DNA of 64,000 nt from Eledone cirrhosa (taxonomy: Eukaryota): assembly GCA_964016885.1 (NCBI GenBank), contig OZ024761.1, forward strand, positions 26,908,001 through 26,972,000. The letters run 5' to 3'. The stretch's first letter is position 1, and the number at the start of each line of letters is the position of its first letter. The translations under genes and the position numbers were made by a program. Below are positions 40,114 to 63,544 of the stretch, in pieces. The notes under the pieces were generated by a model. That model saw only the letters and a list, made by a program, of their open reading frames with translations. It ran no database searches and had not been told where the DNA came from.

Positions 40114-40435
40114 TCGTCTCTCTCTCTCTGTGTTCGTCTCTCTCTGTTCGTCTGTCTCTCTCTCCTCTGTATTGTTGTTATATGTCTGTCTCTCTCCCTC
40201 TCTCTCCCTATCTCCCGTCTATTGTTCTCTCTCTCTCCCCTCTATTGTTCTCTCTCTCTCTCCCCTCTATTGTTCTCTCTCTCTCTCCCCTGTATTGTTG
40301 TTATATGTCTGTCTCTCTCTCTCTCCCCTCTATTGTTCTCTCTCTCTCCCCTCTATTGTTCTCTTTCTCTCTCTCTCCCCCTGTACTGTTATATGTCTCT
40401 CTCTCTCTCTCTCTCCTGTACTGTTGATGTCTCTC

Positions 40436-40491
<56 letters not shown>

Positions 40492-41105
40492 CCCCTGTGC
40501 TGTTGATGTCTCTATCTCTCCGAATATTTGAAAAAACCCCACCTCTATTCACTATCAATGTTTCTCATCTCCTGAACTGTTTAAATATAATATAATTAAT
40601 AAACATTATCACGTCAAACAGTCGCAACTGATAATGCTCCAATTGTTGAAACAGGCTGTCTACAGATGGAGAGATGTTATTACATAGAGAGAGAGAGAGA
40701 GGGAGAGAGAGACAGGGAGATAGATAGAGAAGGAGGGAGACAGAGAGAGCCAGATGGAGATATGTTATTACATACAGGACAGAGAAAGAGAGAGAGGGAG
40801 GGAAAGAGAGAGACAGACTGTCTACAGATGGAGAGATATTACATACAGGACAGAGAGAGAGAGAGAGAGAGAGACAGGCTGGCTGTCTACAGATGAAGAG
40901 ATATAAATACAGGACAGAGAGAGAGAGAGAGAGAGACAGGCAGGCAGGCTGGCTGTCTACAGATGGAGAGATATTACATACAGGACAGTGTGAGAGAGAG
41001 AGAGAGAGGGGGGGGGGGGAGATAGATAGATAGAGAGAGAGATAGGTAGATATATAGAGAGAAACATACTGTCTACAGATGGAGAGATTATTACATACAC
41101 GAGAG
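39895..41105. repeat. (CT)n-rich and (GA)n-rich compound repeats with short tandem units
   Basis: Directly visible. ctgtctacagatggagaga recurs at 40656-41090. Confidence 0.9.
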
Positions 41106-41191
41106 AGAGAAAGACAGAAAGAGATAAAGATAGAAAAAAGTGAAACATAAAAATTATCTTAATTACAAACTTAAACTTGTCTAAATTATAA

Positions 41192-41566
41192 TAATTATTA
41201 TTGTCTCTTTATTGTAATTATTATTGTCTTTTTATTGTAATTATTATTGTCTCTTTATTGTAATTATTATTGTCTCTTTATTGTAATTATTATTGTCTTT
41301 TTATTGTAATTATTATTGTCTCTTTATTGTAATTATTATTGTCTTTTTATTGTAATTATTATTGTCTCTTTATTGTAATTATTATTGTCTTTTTATTGTA
41401 ATTATTATTGTCTCTTTATTGTAATTATTATTGTCTTTTTATTGTAATTATTATTGTCTCTTTATTGTAATTATTATTGTCTTTTTATTGTAATTATTAT
41501 TGTCTCTTTATTGTAATTATTATTGTCTCTTTATTGTAATTATTATTGTCTTTTTATTGTAATTAT
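41192..41566. repeat. 23-bp minisatellite (taattattattgtct(c/t)tttattg), about 16 copies
   Basis: Exact 23-bp period. Confidence 0.97.
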
Positions 41567-41572
41567 TTCTTT

Positions 41573-41940
41573 AATAATAATTGTTTCTACTTTTGGCACA
41601 AGGCCAGTAATTACCCCAGTACATTACTGGTACTTTATTTTATCGACCCCCGTAAGGATGAAAGGCAAAGTTAACCACGACGGGATTTGAACTCAGAATG
41701 GCAAGGGCCGTAACTCTATGCGTCAAAGAATGGTGTCCGACCCTCTACCGATACCGCCAATCGATAATAATGGATTCTTATACAGGCACTAGGCCAACAA
41801 TATGGGTCGAGGGAAAAAGTTGACTAAATCGACCCCAGTATGTGACTGGTACTTACTTTTATAGACTTATCAAAAATAAGCTCGGTGGGATTTGAAATCG
41901 GGACGTACAGGGTCATAATTATAATAATTGTTTCTACTTT
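41573..41940 (-). mobile_element. Meta-like SINE copies (one near full length plus fragments)
   Basis: Reverse-complement SINE core and head. Confidence 0.8.
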
Positions 41941-41947
41941 ATATATT

Positions 41948-47318
<5,371 letters not shown>

Positions 47319-47576
47319 CAATGTGGCTGGCTGGGGGGATAGTCGGCGTGGAAGGGGAATGGAATGGTGGAGAAGAGATGTCTGGTGGCCGACTAACTAC
47401 AGAAAGCTGTGGGTGGTTCACTATTGAACATCAATTAGACATGACGTGAAATGATTTGAAGTTCGATCCACGCGGGAGTAATTGGTAGAACGGCTCTCAG
47501 CAGTTGTCGGTGTGGCTTTTCTAGTTTTACCCTCAAGGCACCAAAAGTAATTTTTGATTGACTGTAATATTATAAT

Positions 47577-49640
47577 GTGTGTGTGTGTGTACACGTGTGT
47601 GTATATATATATATGTGTGGAGTGTAATAGTGTGTGTGTATGTATGTTTGTGTGCGTGTGTGTGTACACATGTGTGTATATATGTGTGTGTGGAGTGTAA
47701 TAGTGTGTGTGTATGTACGTTTGTGTGCGTGTCTGTGTACACATGTGTGTATATATGTGTGTGTGGAGTGTAATAGTGTGTGTGTATGTATGTTTGTGTG
47801 TGTGTGCGTGTGTGTGTGTGTGTAGACGTGTGTGTATATATATATGTGTGGAGTGTAATAGTGTGTGTGTATGTATGTTTGTGTGCGTGTGTGTGTACAC
47901 ATGTGTGTATATATATATATGTGTGTGGAGTGTAATAGTGTGTGTGTATGTATGTTTGTGTGCGTGTGTGTGTACACGTCTGTGTATATATGTGTGTGTG
48001 GAGTGTAATAGTGTGTGTGTATGTATGTTTGTGTGCGTGTGTGTGTACACATGTGTGTATATATGTGTGTGTGGAGTGTAATAGTGTGAGTATGTATGTT
48101 TGTGTGCGTGTGTGTGTACACATGTGTGTATATATGTGTGTGTGGAGTGTAATAGTGTGTGTGTATGTATGTTTGTGTGCGTGTGTGTGTACACGTGTGT
48201 ATATATATATGTGTGTGTGGAGTGTAATAGTGTGTGTGTATGTATGTTTGTGTGCGTGTGTGTGTACACATGTGTGTATATATGTGTGTGTGGAGTGTAA
48301 TAGTGTGTGTGTATGTATGTTTGTGTGCGTGTGTGTGTACACATGTGTGTATATATGTGTGTGTGGAGTGTAATAGTGTGTGTGTATGTATGTTTGTGTG
48401 CGTGTGTGTGTACACATGTGTGTATATATGTGTGTGTGGAGTGTAATAGTGTGTGTGTATGTATGTTTGTGTGTGTGTGCGTGTGTGTGTGTGTGTAGAC
48501 GTGTGTGTATATATATATGTGTGGAGTGTAATAGTGTGTGTGTATGTATGTTTGTGTGCGTGTGTGTGTACACGTCTGTATATATATATATGTGTGGAGT
48601 GTAATAGTGTGTGTGTATGTATGTTTGTGTGCGTGCGTGTGTACACGTGTGTGTATATATGTGTGTGTGGAGTGTAATAGTGTGTGTGTATGTATGTTTG
48701 TGTGCGTGTGTGTGTACACGTGTGTGTATATATATATGTGTGGAGTGTAATAGTGTGTGTGTATGTATGTTTGTGTGCGTGCGTGTGTGTGTGTGTGTGT
48801 GTACACGTGTGTGTGTATATATATATGTGTGGAGTGTAATAGTGTGTGTGTATGTATGTTTGTGTGCGTGCGTGTGTGTGTGTGTGTGTACACGTGTGTG
48901 TATATATATATGTGTGGAGTGTAATAGTGTGTGTGTATGTATGTTTGTGTGCGTGCGTGTGTGTGTGTGTGTGTACACGTGTGTGTACACGTGTGTGTAC
49001 ACGTGTGTGTATATATGTGTGTGGAGTGTAATAGTGTGTGTGTATGTATGTTTGTGTGCGTGCGTGTGTGTGTGTGTACACGTGTGTGTGTATATATATA
49101 TGTGTGGAGTGTAATAGTGTGTGTGTATGTATGTTTGTGTGCGTGCGTGTGTGTGTGTGTGTGTACACGTGTGTGTATATATATATGTGTGGAGTGTAAT
49201 AGTGTGTGTGTATGTATGTTTGTGTGCGTGCGTGTGTGTGTGTGTGTGTACACGTGTGTGTACACGTGTGTGTATATATATATGTGTGTGGAGTGTAATA
49301 GTGTGTGTGTATGTATGTTTGTGTGTGTGCGTGTGTGTGTGTGTGTGTACACGTGTGTGTATATATATATGTGTGGAGTGTAATAGTGTGTGTGTATGTA
49401 TGTTTGTGTGCGTGCGTGTGTGTGTGTACACGTGTGTGTATATATATATGTGTGGAGTGTAATAGTGTGTGTGTATGTATGTTTGTGTGCGTGCGTGTGT
49501 GTGTGTGTGTACACGTGTGTGTATATATATATGTGTGGAGTGTAATAGTGTGTGTGTATGTATGTTTGTGTGTGTATATGTGTGTGTGTGTGTACACGTG
49601 TGTGTATATATGTGTGTGTGGAGTGTAATAATGTATGTGT
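47577..49640. repeat. Minisatellite of about 73-85 bp (anchor ggagtgtaatag), about 27 copies
   Basis: The anchor recurs at 47619, 47692, 47765 and onward. Confidence 0.95.
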
Positions 49641-49698
49641 ATGTGAGTATTTAACTTCAATTTTCTCTATAGATGATTGTGTCTCATTCTCTCACTCC

Positions 49699-49756
<58 letters not shown>

Positions 49757-50050
49757 TATGTTGTATATATATGCATATATGTATATATATTATGTTGTAT
49801 ATATATGCATATATGTATATATAATGTTGTATATGTATGTATATATATAATGTTGTATATGTATGTAGATATAATGTTATATATATGTATATATATTATG
49901 TTGTATATATATGTATATATAATGTTATATATGTATGTATATATAATTTTGTATAAATATATATGTATGTATATATAATGTTATATATGTATATGTATGT
50001 ATATATAATGTTATATATGTATATATATGTATGTATATGTATGTGTGTGC

Positions 50051-50093
<43 letters not shown>

Positions 50094-50140
50094 AACGAGG
50101 AAGTTTCGTTTATATTTATGAGATTTTTTATTGTATATTA

Positions 50141-50230
50141 ACCTGTTACGCGCGTTTCGCAGAGGATTGGCTCAAGGTCACTCAGTAATTATGGACCTGA
50201 CTCTATTATCGATCTGCTCTTTAGACTGGT
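50141..50230 (-). ncRNA. Type I hammerhead motif with a 49-nt helix II loop (family C, within element 50087-50240)
   Basis: Minus strand ACCAGT-CTAAAGA-GCAGA-[49 nt]-TCTGC-GAAA-C-GCGC-G-TA-ACAGGT. There is one core substitution, and the sister copy at about 20810 retains CTGAAG. AATAAA lies downstream. Confidence 0.75.
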
Positions 50231-50315
50231 GATGTGACAAGAAACAATTTTTTTTCTAATATATACACTCTGTCTTTGCCTGTGCATAGTGCTTCTGTTC
50301 TTTTTTCTGTTTACC

Positions 50316-50384
<69 letters not shown>

Positions 50385-50965
50385 CACACATACATACATA
50401 AACTAGGATATTTGGGGTTGGTCATTGTTTCACTTGAACTCATGCACCATATAACCTTTTCTTTGTCTTTATTCTTCCGTCAAAGCTCTTTCGACACACC
50501 ACTCTGTGATCTCTTCAATGAATAATGAAGTTTTTTGTGCCACTTTCCACTATTCCAAGAGAGAATTCACTGCGGTCCTCTACCCCGACAAATTATAAAC
50601 CGAACAACCTAGTCAGGCGCTTTCACAAACGATGCCATCAGCCTCTCTATATACAGTTATACTGTCAGATTGTGATTGAACAAGCAATTGTCTTTAGTTC
50701 TAACCTTGCTGATGGGGGGTACTTCCTCCGAAATATTGTAATGTCTCGCAAGTTTTACTTGTATGTTTTTTATGTGGTGTATTTGTCAGCTATTATCTAC
50801 GTTTGTCTAATTTAAATAGACGGGAAGTCATAACACGTAACTACCTACCATGTCGTTGTGCACTCTGAACAATTAAATATCTCACTTCACTCAGATTATA
50901 GTATCTGTCTAACTACCTGTATGTCTACCAGCAACAAACACACACACACACGCACACGCACACGC

Positions 50966-50996
<31 letters not shown>

Positions 50997-51174
50997 ACCA
51001 CACACATACAACCAGACATACACACTCACATACAAACACCACACACACACTCACTCACCCACTCACTCACATACATACACACTCGCATAGAAACACACTT
51101 AAATACACACACATACACACACACACACACTCACACTCACACACACCACACTCACACACTCACTTTCATTATCT

Positions 51175-51450
51175 CGACCACCACCCCACTATTCACCTTC
51201 TCCACCACCACCACCAGCACCATCACCGTCATAACCACTAGCACCGCCACCAGCACCACCACCACCACCACCGTCATAACCACTAGCACCACCACCACTA
51301 TTTCCACCATCACTAGCACCACCACCACCACCACCAGCACCACTAGCACCACCACCACCACCACCACCACCACTAGCACCACCACCGTCACCACCACTAG
51401 CACCACCACCGTCACAACCACTAGCACCACCACCACCACCGCCGCCACCG
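51175..51450. repeat. (CAC)n trinucleotide array
   Basis: Directly visible. Confidence 0.9.
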
Positions 51451-52077
51451 CGTCTACGAGAATTACTGTAAATAATAATTTCTGTTGAGGCGTAAGGGGG
51501 AAATTGGACATGTCAATCTTTGGAGCTGTTCTGAAACACGGAGAACTTTGAAATTGATTTGTTCAAACCAGCGGAGGGAGGGAGGGAGGGTGGTGGTCTT
51601 TAGGTAGTAGGGGCAGGGGGAAGGGTGGGGGTGTGCGATATATATATATGTGGTAGTGGTGGGGCGGCGATGGTGATTGGTTGGCTGTGGTTGTGAAAGT
51701 AAATAGAATGAAGATTTCGAGGTAAACTTTAGGTGTTTGGTGGTTGTGTTCAGGTAGACCTTCAGATATGTGGTGGCGGGGAATGGTAGTCTTTAGGGTG
51801 TGGGAGCCGGGTGGGGTGTCTGTGTTGGTGGCTGTGGGAGCCGGGTGGGGTATATGTGGTGGTGGTGGTGGTGATTGGCTGGCTGTGGTTATGGTGGTAT
51901 ACAAGTGGAGATTTAGACTTCAGGGAGATACGATAAGGTTTGGGTAGAGGATATTTTAGTGGGGTGTGGTGGTTGTGTTGAGGTAGACCTTTAGGTGTGT
52001 GTTGGTGGGGAATGGTTGACTTAAGGGAGTCGGAACCGGGTGGGGTATATGTGTTGGAAATTCCCCACCGCTTTAAT

Positions 52078-52112
<35 letters not shown>

Positions 52113-52398
52113 TCACTCACACATACACACTATCACACACGCTCACGCGCATTTACTCACACGCATTCACTCACCCTCTCACTCACTCACCCTCTCACTC
52201 ACTCACCCTCTCACTCACTCACCCTCTCACTCTCTCACTTATTCACTATCACTCTCACTCACTATCACTCACCCTCTCACTCACTATCACTCACTATCAC
52301 TCATTCACACTCACTCAAACACTCTCACACACTCAATATATACCTGATAAGAAAGGTATATGTTCATATTTTCTTATCTTAAATTAAATACATAGACA

Positions 52399-52507
52399 GA
52401 TTCTGTGGTGCTGAGACAGGGGAGACAACTAACCATGAGAGTACTCAATACACGGGGAGATAGTAATATATAGATAGTGGGTATAGATATATGTATAATC
52501 CCGACCA
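52399..52507 (-). mobile_element. 3' part of a family G element
   Basis: Homologous to 35391-35488, with TGAGTACT on the minus strand at 52440-52447. Confidence 0.65.
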
Positions 52508-52656
52508 AAACTTGCTGGCCTTGTACCTAAATTAGAAACCATTTATTGAAGGTAATCACTTTTATTTCCAAGCGAGCGACTGGTAGTCAGGGGAGATAAC
52601 TAGGAGAAATTTCCAAAATGGCGTACACTTTATATGGAACGCGATATGGAAATAAT

Positions 52657-52910
52657 TGTTTCTACTTTTGGCACAAGACCAGCAATTATCCCAGTGTATT
52701 ACTGGTACTTTATTTTACCGACCCCGTAAGGATGAAAGGCAAAGTTAACCTCGGCGGGATTTGAACTCAGACTGTAAAGGGACGTAACTATGCTGGAAAG
52801 CATGGCGTCCGACCCTCTACCGATACTGCCAATCCACCTCCAGAAAACCATTCTTGTGGAGTGCTTCTAATCTATTGTGAAGTCAGAATGGCAAGGGCCG
52901 TAACTCTATG
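52657..52910 (-). mobile_element. Meta-like SINE with extra 5' sequence, bounded by a 16-bp TSD
   Basis: TSD gcgatatggaaataat at 52641-52656 and 52911-52926. Confidence 0.85.
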
Positions 52911-53092
52911 GCGATATGGAAATAATGATTAAGAACAAAGAAATAAACAAGCTAATGAAAGAATGATGGAATAAATAAATGACTGAATAAATGTCACACA
53001 GGTATGAGAGTTTGTTTGAAGAGGTTGTGTCGTAGGTGTTGATAGGTGTGTTTAATTAATGCTCACCTCTGCTGTTAAATAAATATTAGCGA

Positions 53093-53810
53093 AAGCGACG
53101 ACAACAACAAAGACAGCAATGACGTCAACGACGACGACGACGACTATAACTATGACGACGACAACAACAAAGACAGCAATGACGTCAACGACGACGACGA
53201 CGACTATAACTATGACGACGACAGCAATGACGTCAACGACGACGACGACGACTATAACTATGACGACGACAACAACAAAGACAGCAATGACAGCAATGAC
53301 GACGACGTCGACGACAACAACAAAGACAGCAATGACGTCAACGACGACGACGACGACTATAACTATGACGACGACAACAACAAAGACAGCAATGACGTCA
53401 ATGACGACGACAACAACAAAGACAGCAATGACGTCGACGACGACGACTATAACTATGACAACGACAACAACAAAGACAGCAATGTCGTCGACGACGGCGA
53501 TGACAACAAAGACAGATACGACGTCGACGACGACGGCGATGACAACGACAACGACGTCGGCTACCACTATAACTATGACGACGACAACAACAAAGACAGC
53601 AATGACGTCGACGACGACGTCGGCAACGACGACAGCAACAAAGACAGCAATGATGATGATAACGACGGTGACAACGACAACTACTAAAACTATGGCAACG
53701 ACGACTACAACGACGACTGTAACGATGACAACGACGACGACTATAACGATGACAACAACGACGACTGTAACGATGACAACGACGACGACTATAACGATGA
53801 CAACGACACC
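53093..53810. repeat. (ACG/ACA)n trinucleotide-based repeat with a 60-bp higher-order unit
   Basis: The unit acaacaacaaagacagcaatgacgtcaacgacg...actataactatgacgacg is repeated. Confidence 0.9.
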
Positions 53811-53934
53811 GGAAATGTGACTATTTCTATTATTCATTCTTTAACAACAACTATGGACTATTTTTGTTCGTTTACAACAAAACTATATTTGACAAAATAT
53901 ATTTCCCAGTTCTGACGTTCACTTTGTCAATTGG

Positions 53935-54205
53935 TAAACAACAACAACAACAACAACAAACTCAACAACAGCAACAAACAACCTCAACAACAGCAGCAAT
54001 AACAACAGCAGCAATAACAACAGCACCAACAACCTCAACAACAGCAGCAACAACAAACTCAACAACAGCAACAAACAACCTCAACAACAGCAGCAATAAC
54101 AACAGCACCAACAACAACCTCAACAACAGCAGCAACAACAACAGCACCAACAACAACAACCTCAACAACAGCAGCAACAACAACAATAACAAGCAACACA
54201 AACAG
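53935..54205. repeat. (CAA/CAG)n array
   Basis: Directly visible. Confidence 0.9.
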
Positions 54206-54231
54206 TAAACTCAAGAAATTAAAACGATGAA

Positions 54232-54792
54232 AATAATTGTTTCTACTTTTGGCATACCAGTGCATTACTGGTACTTTATTTTATCGACCCCGTAAGGATG
54301 AAAGGCAAAGTTAACCTTGGAGAGATTTGAACTCAGATCATACAGGGAGGTAACTCTATGCTTCAAAGCATGGCGTCCGACCCTCTACCGATACTGCCAA
54401 AAATAATTGTTTGTACTTTTGACACAAGGCCAGCAAATACCCAGTGCATTACTGGTACTTTATTTTATCGACCCCGTAAGGATGAAAGGCATACTGCCAA
54501 ATAATAATGATTTCTAGTATAGGCACAAGGCCAGTAATTTGGGGCGAGGGGAAAGTCAATTAAATCGACCCCAGTGCATTACTGCTACTTTATTTTATCG
54601 ACTCCGTATGAAAAACAAAGTTAACCTCGGTGGGATTTCAACTCACACCATAAAGGGCCGTAACTCTATGCTGCAAAGCATGGCGTTCGACGCTCTATCG
54701 ATACTGCCAATCCACCGCCATTCCATAATGATAATAATAATGTTTCTACTTTTGGCACAAGACCAGCAATGCCCCCAGTGCATTACTGGTAC
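54232..54792 (-). mobile_element. Tandem cluster of Meta-like SINE copies and fragments
   Basis: Four head-to-tail reverse copies. Confidence 0.8.
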
Positions 54793-54883
54793 ATAATAAT
54801 AGTAATAATAACAATGTATGTATGTATATATATATATATATCCAGGGATTGTAACGTAGGGAGGAAGTCATTACTACAACAGA

Positions 54884-54968
54884 GGTCCAACGAGCTTTTG
54901 ATTCCAGAGTCTGGCCAGATCGATACAGATCGAACCTTGAACTGACCAATAGCGAAACGCGCGTCACC
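54884..54968 (+). ncRNA. Degenerate type I hammerhead motif with a 46-nt helix II loop (related to family C)
   Basis: GGT-CCAACGA-GCTTTTG-[46 nt]-CAATAGC-GAAA-C-GCGC-G-TC-ACC, then AATAAA. The core has two substitutions from CUGACGA. Confidence 0.6.
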
Positions 54969-55207
54969 AATCAATAAACGTAATGAAGGCTTAACAAATC
55001 GTCCTTGTATTATTATTATTATATATATGTGTGAATATATATATATGTGTGAATATATATATATATATATGTGTGAATATAGGTTTTTAAAATCCAACGC
55101 CAATAAATACACAAGGATTTTTTCATTCTGATGATTGAAAGCACATTTTTTTTTGCTTTTAAGAAACCACTGTTAAATGAAATAAATGCGTTATGTTGTT
55201 TATTACA

Positions 55208-55245
<38 letters not shown>

Positions 55246-55313
55246 TAGAAGTGGTATTTAATTTGTTGGAAGTACGACAAACATAAATGTTTATAACTGA
55301 TTTATATATATAT

Positions 55314-55819
55314 GGGATAACAAGTTATCGTTTTAGGTAATCCAGTTAGAGGTTGTGAGTACTCTGTACTATGGATAGTTTCAAAGTACGGCGTTGTTTG
55401 ACTCAACAAGAGGTTTCCTTAGTTAGGTGGCGAGTTTGCAAGAATTCTCATGCAGGTTATTCTTGGAGTAATAATAGTGAAAGAGTGAAGAATAACATGG
55501 TTGGCTGTACAAAAATGATTTTATTTACCGTATTAGCATTGTTTCATTCATCAGGTGACTCTGATGGCCGGTGATGACTCGAAGTTGCGTCACTTGAACT
55601 TCGGAGAATCTATTCTCCGATGTATCTATACATACTAATGCCATATGTTACCATGTATTCTGATAATTTGATCAGAGACACACACTGTATTTAAGGTCGA
55701 GTGACGCAACTTCGAGTGATTAGCGGCCTTTAGACTCACCTGATCAATGAAACAATTGTTAATACTGTAAATAAAACCCTTTTTGTACAGCTGACCATGT
55801 TATTCTTCACTCTTTCACT
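55314..55819. mobile_element. Penelope-pLTR-like element, family B, copy 2, with an inverted duplication
   Basis: Homologous to 5255-5720, with diverged inverted arms and TA-repeat flanks. Confidence 0.8.
55655..55765 (+). ncRNA. Type I hammerhead motif with a 64-nt helix II insertion (family B, copy 2)
   Basis: GTATT-CTGATAA-TTTGATCAG-[64 nt]-CTGATCAAT-GAAA-C-AATT-G-TT-AATAC. It has the same 111-nt length as copy 1 and a compensatory change in helix I. Confidence 0.75.
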
Positions 55820-55827
55820 ATATATAT

Positions 55828-55992
55828 GGACACACTAGAAGAGGAAGACAAAGGTTAACGTATGTTGATGCCCTAAGGACAGACACTGGTCTGTTGGAGA
55901 CGCAGGACATGGCAGCGATAATGAGGGACAGAGACCGCTGGAGAGAACTCGTCCATGGATCTCGGGAATTTTACCCGCCTTAGAATAGAATA

Positions 55993-55995
<3 letters not shown>
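55828..55995 (+). mobile_element. RTE-type LINE 3' end with an (AGAAT)n tail
   Basis: Translates as GHTRRGRQRLTYVDALRTDTGLLETQDMAAIMRDRDRWRELV...*, followed by tagaatagaatagaat. Confidence 0.9.
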
Positions 55996-56051
<56 letters not shown>

Positions 56052-56758
56052 GTGTGTGTGTGTGTGTAAAGTATATAAAAGAAGAAATTAGAACAATAAA
56101 AATAATATTGATGACACTTTGTAAATGAAAATCCAACAAAACTATCGATAAAACAGAAGAAAAAAAAATGAAAACGGAATGAAATTATTACAAATAAATC
56201 AACGACAAATGTAAAATTCAAAACAATTTTCATGTGACACGTAATTCCAGCTGAGAATTATATTCGCTTCACCTTCCCGCCATTTCATATTAAATGAATG
56301 TTAATGGTCTATCCATACTTTTCATGTTTTCAAAACATGTCGCCATTTTAATCGTTTTCCTTGTTTCGTTACACTAAATGTTTCTCTCTGTTTTCTTTGT
56401 TCTCATTTCGTTTTAGAAACACATCTCATCTTTAAAAGGTATAATAATAATAATAATAAAAATAATAATAATGTATATATATGAAATATATAAAAGAAGA
56501 AATTATTTAATGAAATATAATAATAAACAAATGCAGATATTAAAACAAAACAAATTGTAATGATTTAAAAATATGAACAATAAATGGAATGAAGCAACTG
56601 AATAAAATTATTGTCTGCGACTTTGAAAATTGTTTGCTGGTTTCGCTTCTAAACCAACTGAATTGTATAACAGACGCACACACACACACACATATATACA
56701 AACAGACGCACACACACACATATATACAAACAGACGCACACACAAACAGCCATATGTA

Positions 56759-56809
<51 letters not shown>

Positions 56810-57799
56810 ATGTGTGTCACACAAACAAACACATACACACACATTCCACACATGGTAAAGACACACACACACTCATTGCACCCCCCCCACACACACACCC
56901 ATTGCACAAACAGACACACACACACTTACACATTGCATACACACTCACATTCATTGCTCAAACACACAGATACACACACGCACGCAAACATAGACACACA
57001 CATTGCACACACTCACATTCATTACACAAACACATACACAGACACAAGCCTACACATAACACAAGCACAGAGAGAGAGAGAGAGAGAGAAAGACACACAC
57101 ACGTACAAAACACACACCACGCACGCACAATAAAAAAAAAAATGGATGAATTTATCTAAATCCTGCCTCGTTTAAACAATGCAGAGTTTGATGGAAACAG
57201 AGGAAGAGGCAGAGGCGAAGACCAACATACTTGAATGACAGAAAAAAGAATTAGAAATAAATAAATGTAGGATAAAAATAATAATTAAATACAGATCCAT
57301 GAAAATGAAAACCAAACAAAAAAAAAAAAAATACGGAGAAAGAGAAAAACGAAAAAACCGGAAAAAAGAAAAAAAAACAAAACGAAACGAAACGAAACGA
57401 AAATACCAAACAAAAAAAAAAACCGGATTGAAGAGCAATTGGGAAATATCGAACGGAAAAAACGAAAAACGAAGATCTCCAATAAGGTAATAAAGATATT
57501 CATTCTTTTTTCAAACCACGAATCTTTTTATAAAATTATACCTAATGTACTTTTATGGTTTTTAAAAGACAAAGTTGAAACCCATTTCTGTTCTGGTGTA
57601 TATTATTGTATTTTATCTCATTATTTTATGTATTATTGTATTTTATCTCATTATTTTATGTATTATTTTATTTTATTTTATTTTATTTGATCTTGTATTA
57701 TATTGTATTATTATTGTTTTCTGTGTGTTTATTGGTATGTGTTTATATTTAAAACGAACGTATCTCGAGTTTAATTTCTTTCGCGCTGAGGGGGATGAA

Positions 57800-59155
<1,356 letters not shown>

Positions 59156-59460
59156 TAATTACCCATATAATGCATTTATATACATACATGTATACACACA
59201 TACACACACACACACACATATATATAATACATATATATAACATATATTATACACATATATAATACATATACACATATATAATACACACATACATGTATAT
59301 ATACATACATACATACATGTATTTTATATAATATAACTACACACCTCATATACATATATATATATATATATATTTATTATACATATATATATATATAATA
59401 TATCTACACCACACACATATATATATAATATATATACATATATATAATATAACTACACAC

Positions 59461-59495
<35 letters not shown>

Positions 59496-59876
59496 TATAC
59501 ATATATATATATAATATATCTACACCACACACATATATATATAATATATATACATATATATAATATATCTACACACACACATATATATTATACATGTATA
59601 TATATATATATACATATATATATATACATATATATAATACACACACACATACATATATACACACAAACAAACGTGTATATATGTATAAATATATACACTA
59701 TATAACATCATACTATGCTCTTTTCCTCCAAATTTGTTTTTGTGAGTTCTGAGCAGTAAACAATATGGAGAATAAACAAACCTAAAAACTGTAAATCTAC
59801 GACAGAAGATTTAGAGTCAGCCGCTAGTACATTATACTGTAAATAGCAAATAAAGCTATGTCACACATAGTGTCGA

Positions 59877-62604
<2,728 letters not shown>

Positions 62605-62825
62605 AATGAAAGGTATAGAAAGTATTGTAGCAAGAAGCCAACAGTATTCCATAATATATATATATATATATATATACAGAGAGAGAGAGAGAGTGGCTAT
62701 GAAAAAGGAAGATAGACAGGTAAATACATATAAAAAGAAAGCTAGGTAGATATATGAATGGAGAGAGATATAGCTATAACAGTGGACTGGTAGATATATA
62801 TAAAAATATAGATATAGATAAATAG

Positions 62826-62889
<64 letters not shown>

Positions 62890-62892
<3 letters not shown>

Positions 62893-63120
62893 GGAGGTGA
62901 GTTTTATTGTAGCACAATAAAGCAATACAAATATCGGATAAGTAGCACTCAACAGTTTATAGGACTGGAGTATAAATAATATAAAATGAAAAGATGGTTA
63001 AAAGAGTTCCATGTATTTTATTATGCGCATTTCAAAAACAAATATCATGGGATGATATTTGTTTTTGAAACGCGCATAATAAAATACTTGGAACTCTTTT
63101 AACCATCTTTTGATTTTATA
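62890..63120 (-). mobile_element. Fold-back hammerhead-like element, family F
   Basis: Inverted arms of about 68 bp around ggg (63049-63051), GAAA-T-GCGC-A-TA then AATAAA, TGAGTGCT on the minus strand at 62944-62951, and (TA)n flanks. Confidence 0.65.
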
Positions 63121-63544
63121 TTATATATATAAATAGATAGCTATATATATATATATATATATATACATACAGAGAGAGAGAGAGCTATAACAGAAGTTAG
63201 GCAGGTAGATAGATAATGAAATAGAAATATAGATAGATAGTTAGATAGAGAGAGAAAGGCTGGGAGATGTATGTCAGACACCAAATATAGACCGAGGCTT
63301 AATGTCTGTGTTAGCGGGAAGTCTGTTTCTGGTACGTCGCTTTTACTCAGAATCGAATATAGAAAAGAAAAGTAAACAACAACAACAAGCAACAGCAACA
63401 AAGAAGCAAAGCTAAACCTAACAGGAGACAAGACGAAGGAACAAATTAATGAAGACAAGAAGAATATTTGGTTTCTGAAGATTATCTCTGGCATTACCAT
63501 ATGTGGTGTACAAACATTTCTCTGTAATCTACGTGAGCAAACAC

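Noticed and set aside
47440-47520. Hammerhead-like GAA-CGGCT...AGTTG-TC (also 36860-36900 and 50614-50645)
   Set aside because: These lack a correctly placed CUGANGA box and/or helix I pairing, so the evidence is insufficient without family consensi.
53119-53820. 233-aa Thr-rich mucin-like ORF
   Set aside because: It is fully explained by a trinucleotide-based repeat, is also open on the reverse strand, and has no convincing splice sites or signal peptide. It cannot be excluded without RNA data.
57185-57240. Possible short terminal exon (SLMETEEEAEAKTNILE* or FDGNRGRGRGEDQHT*)
   Set aside because: Too short, the frame is ambiguous, and no linked upstream exon was identified.
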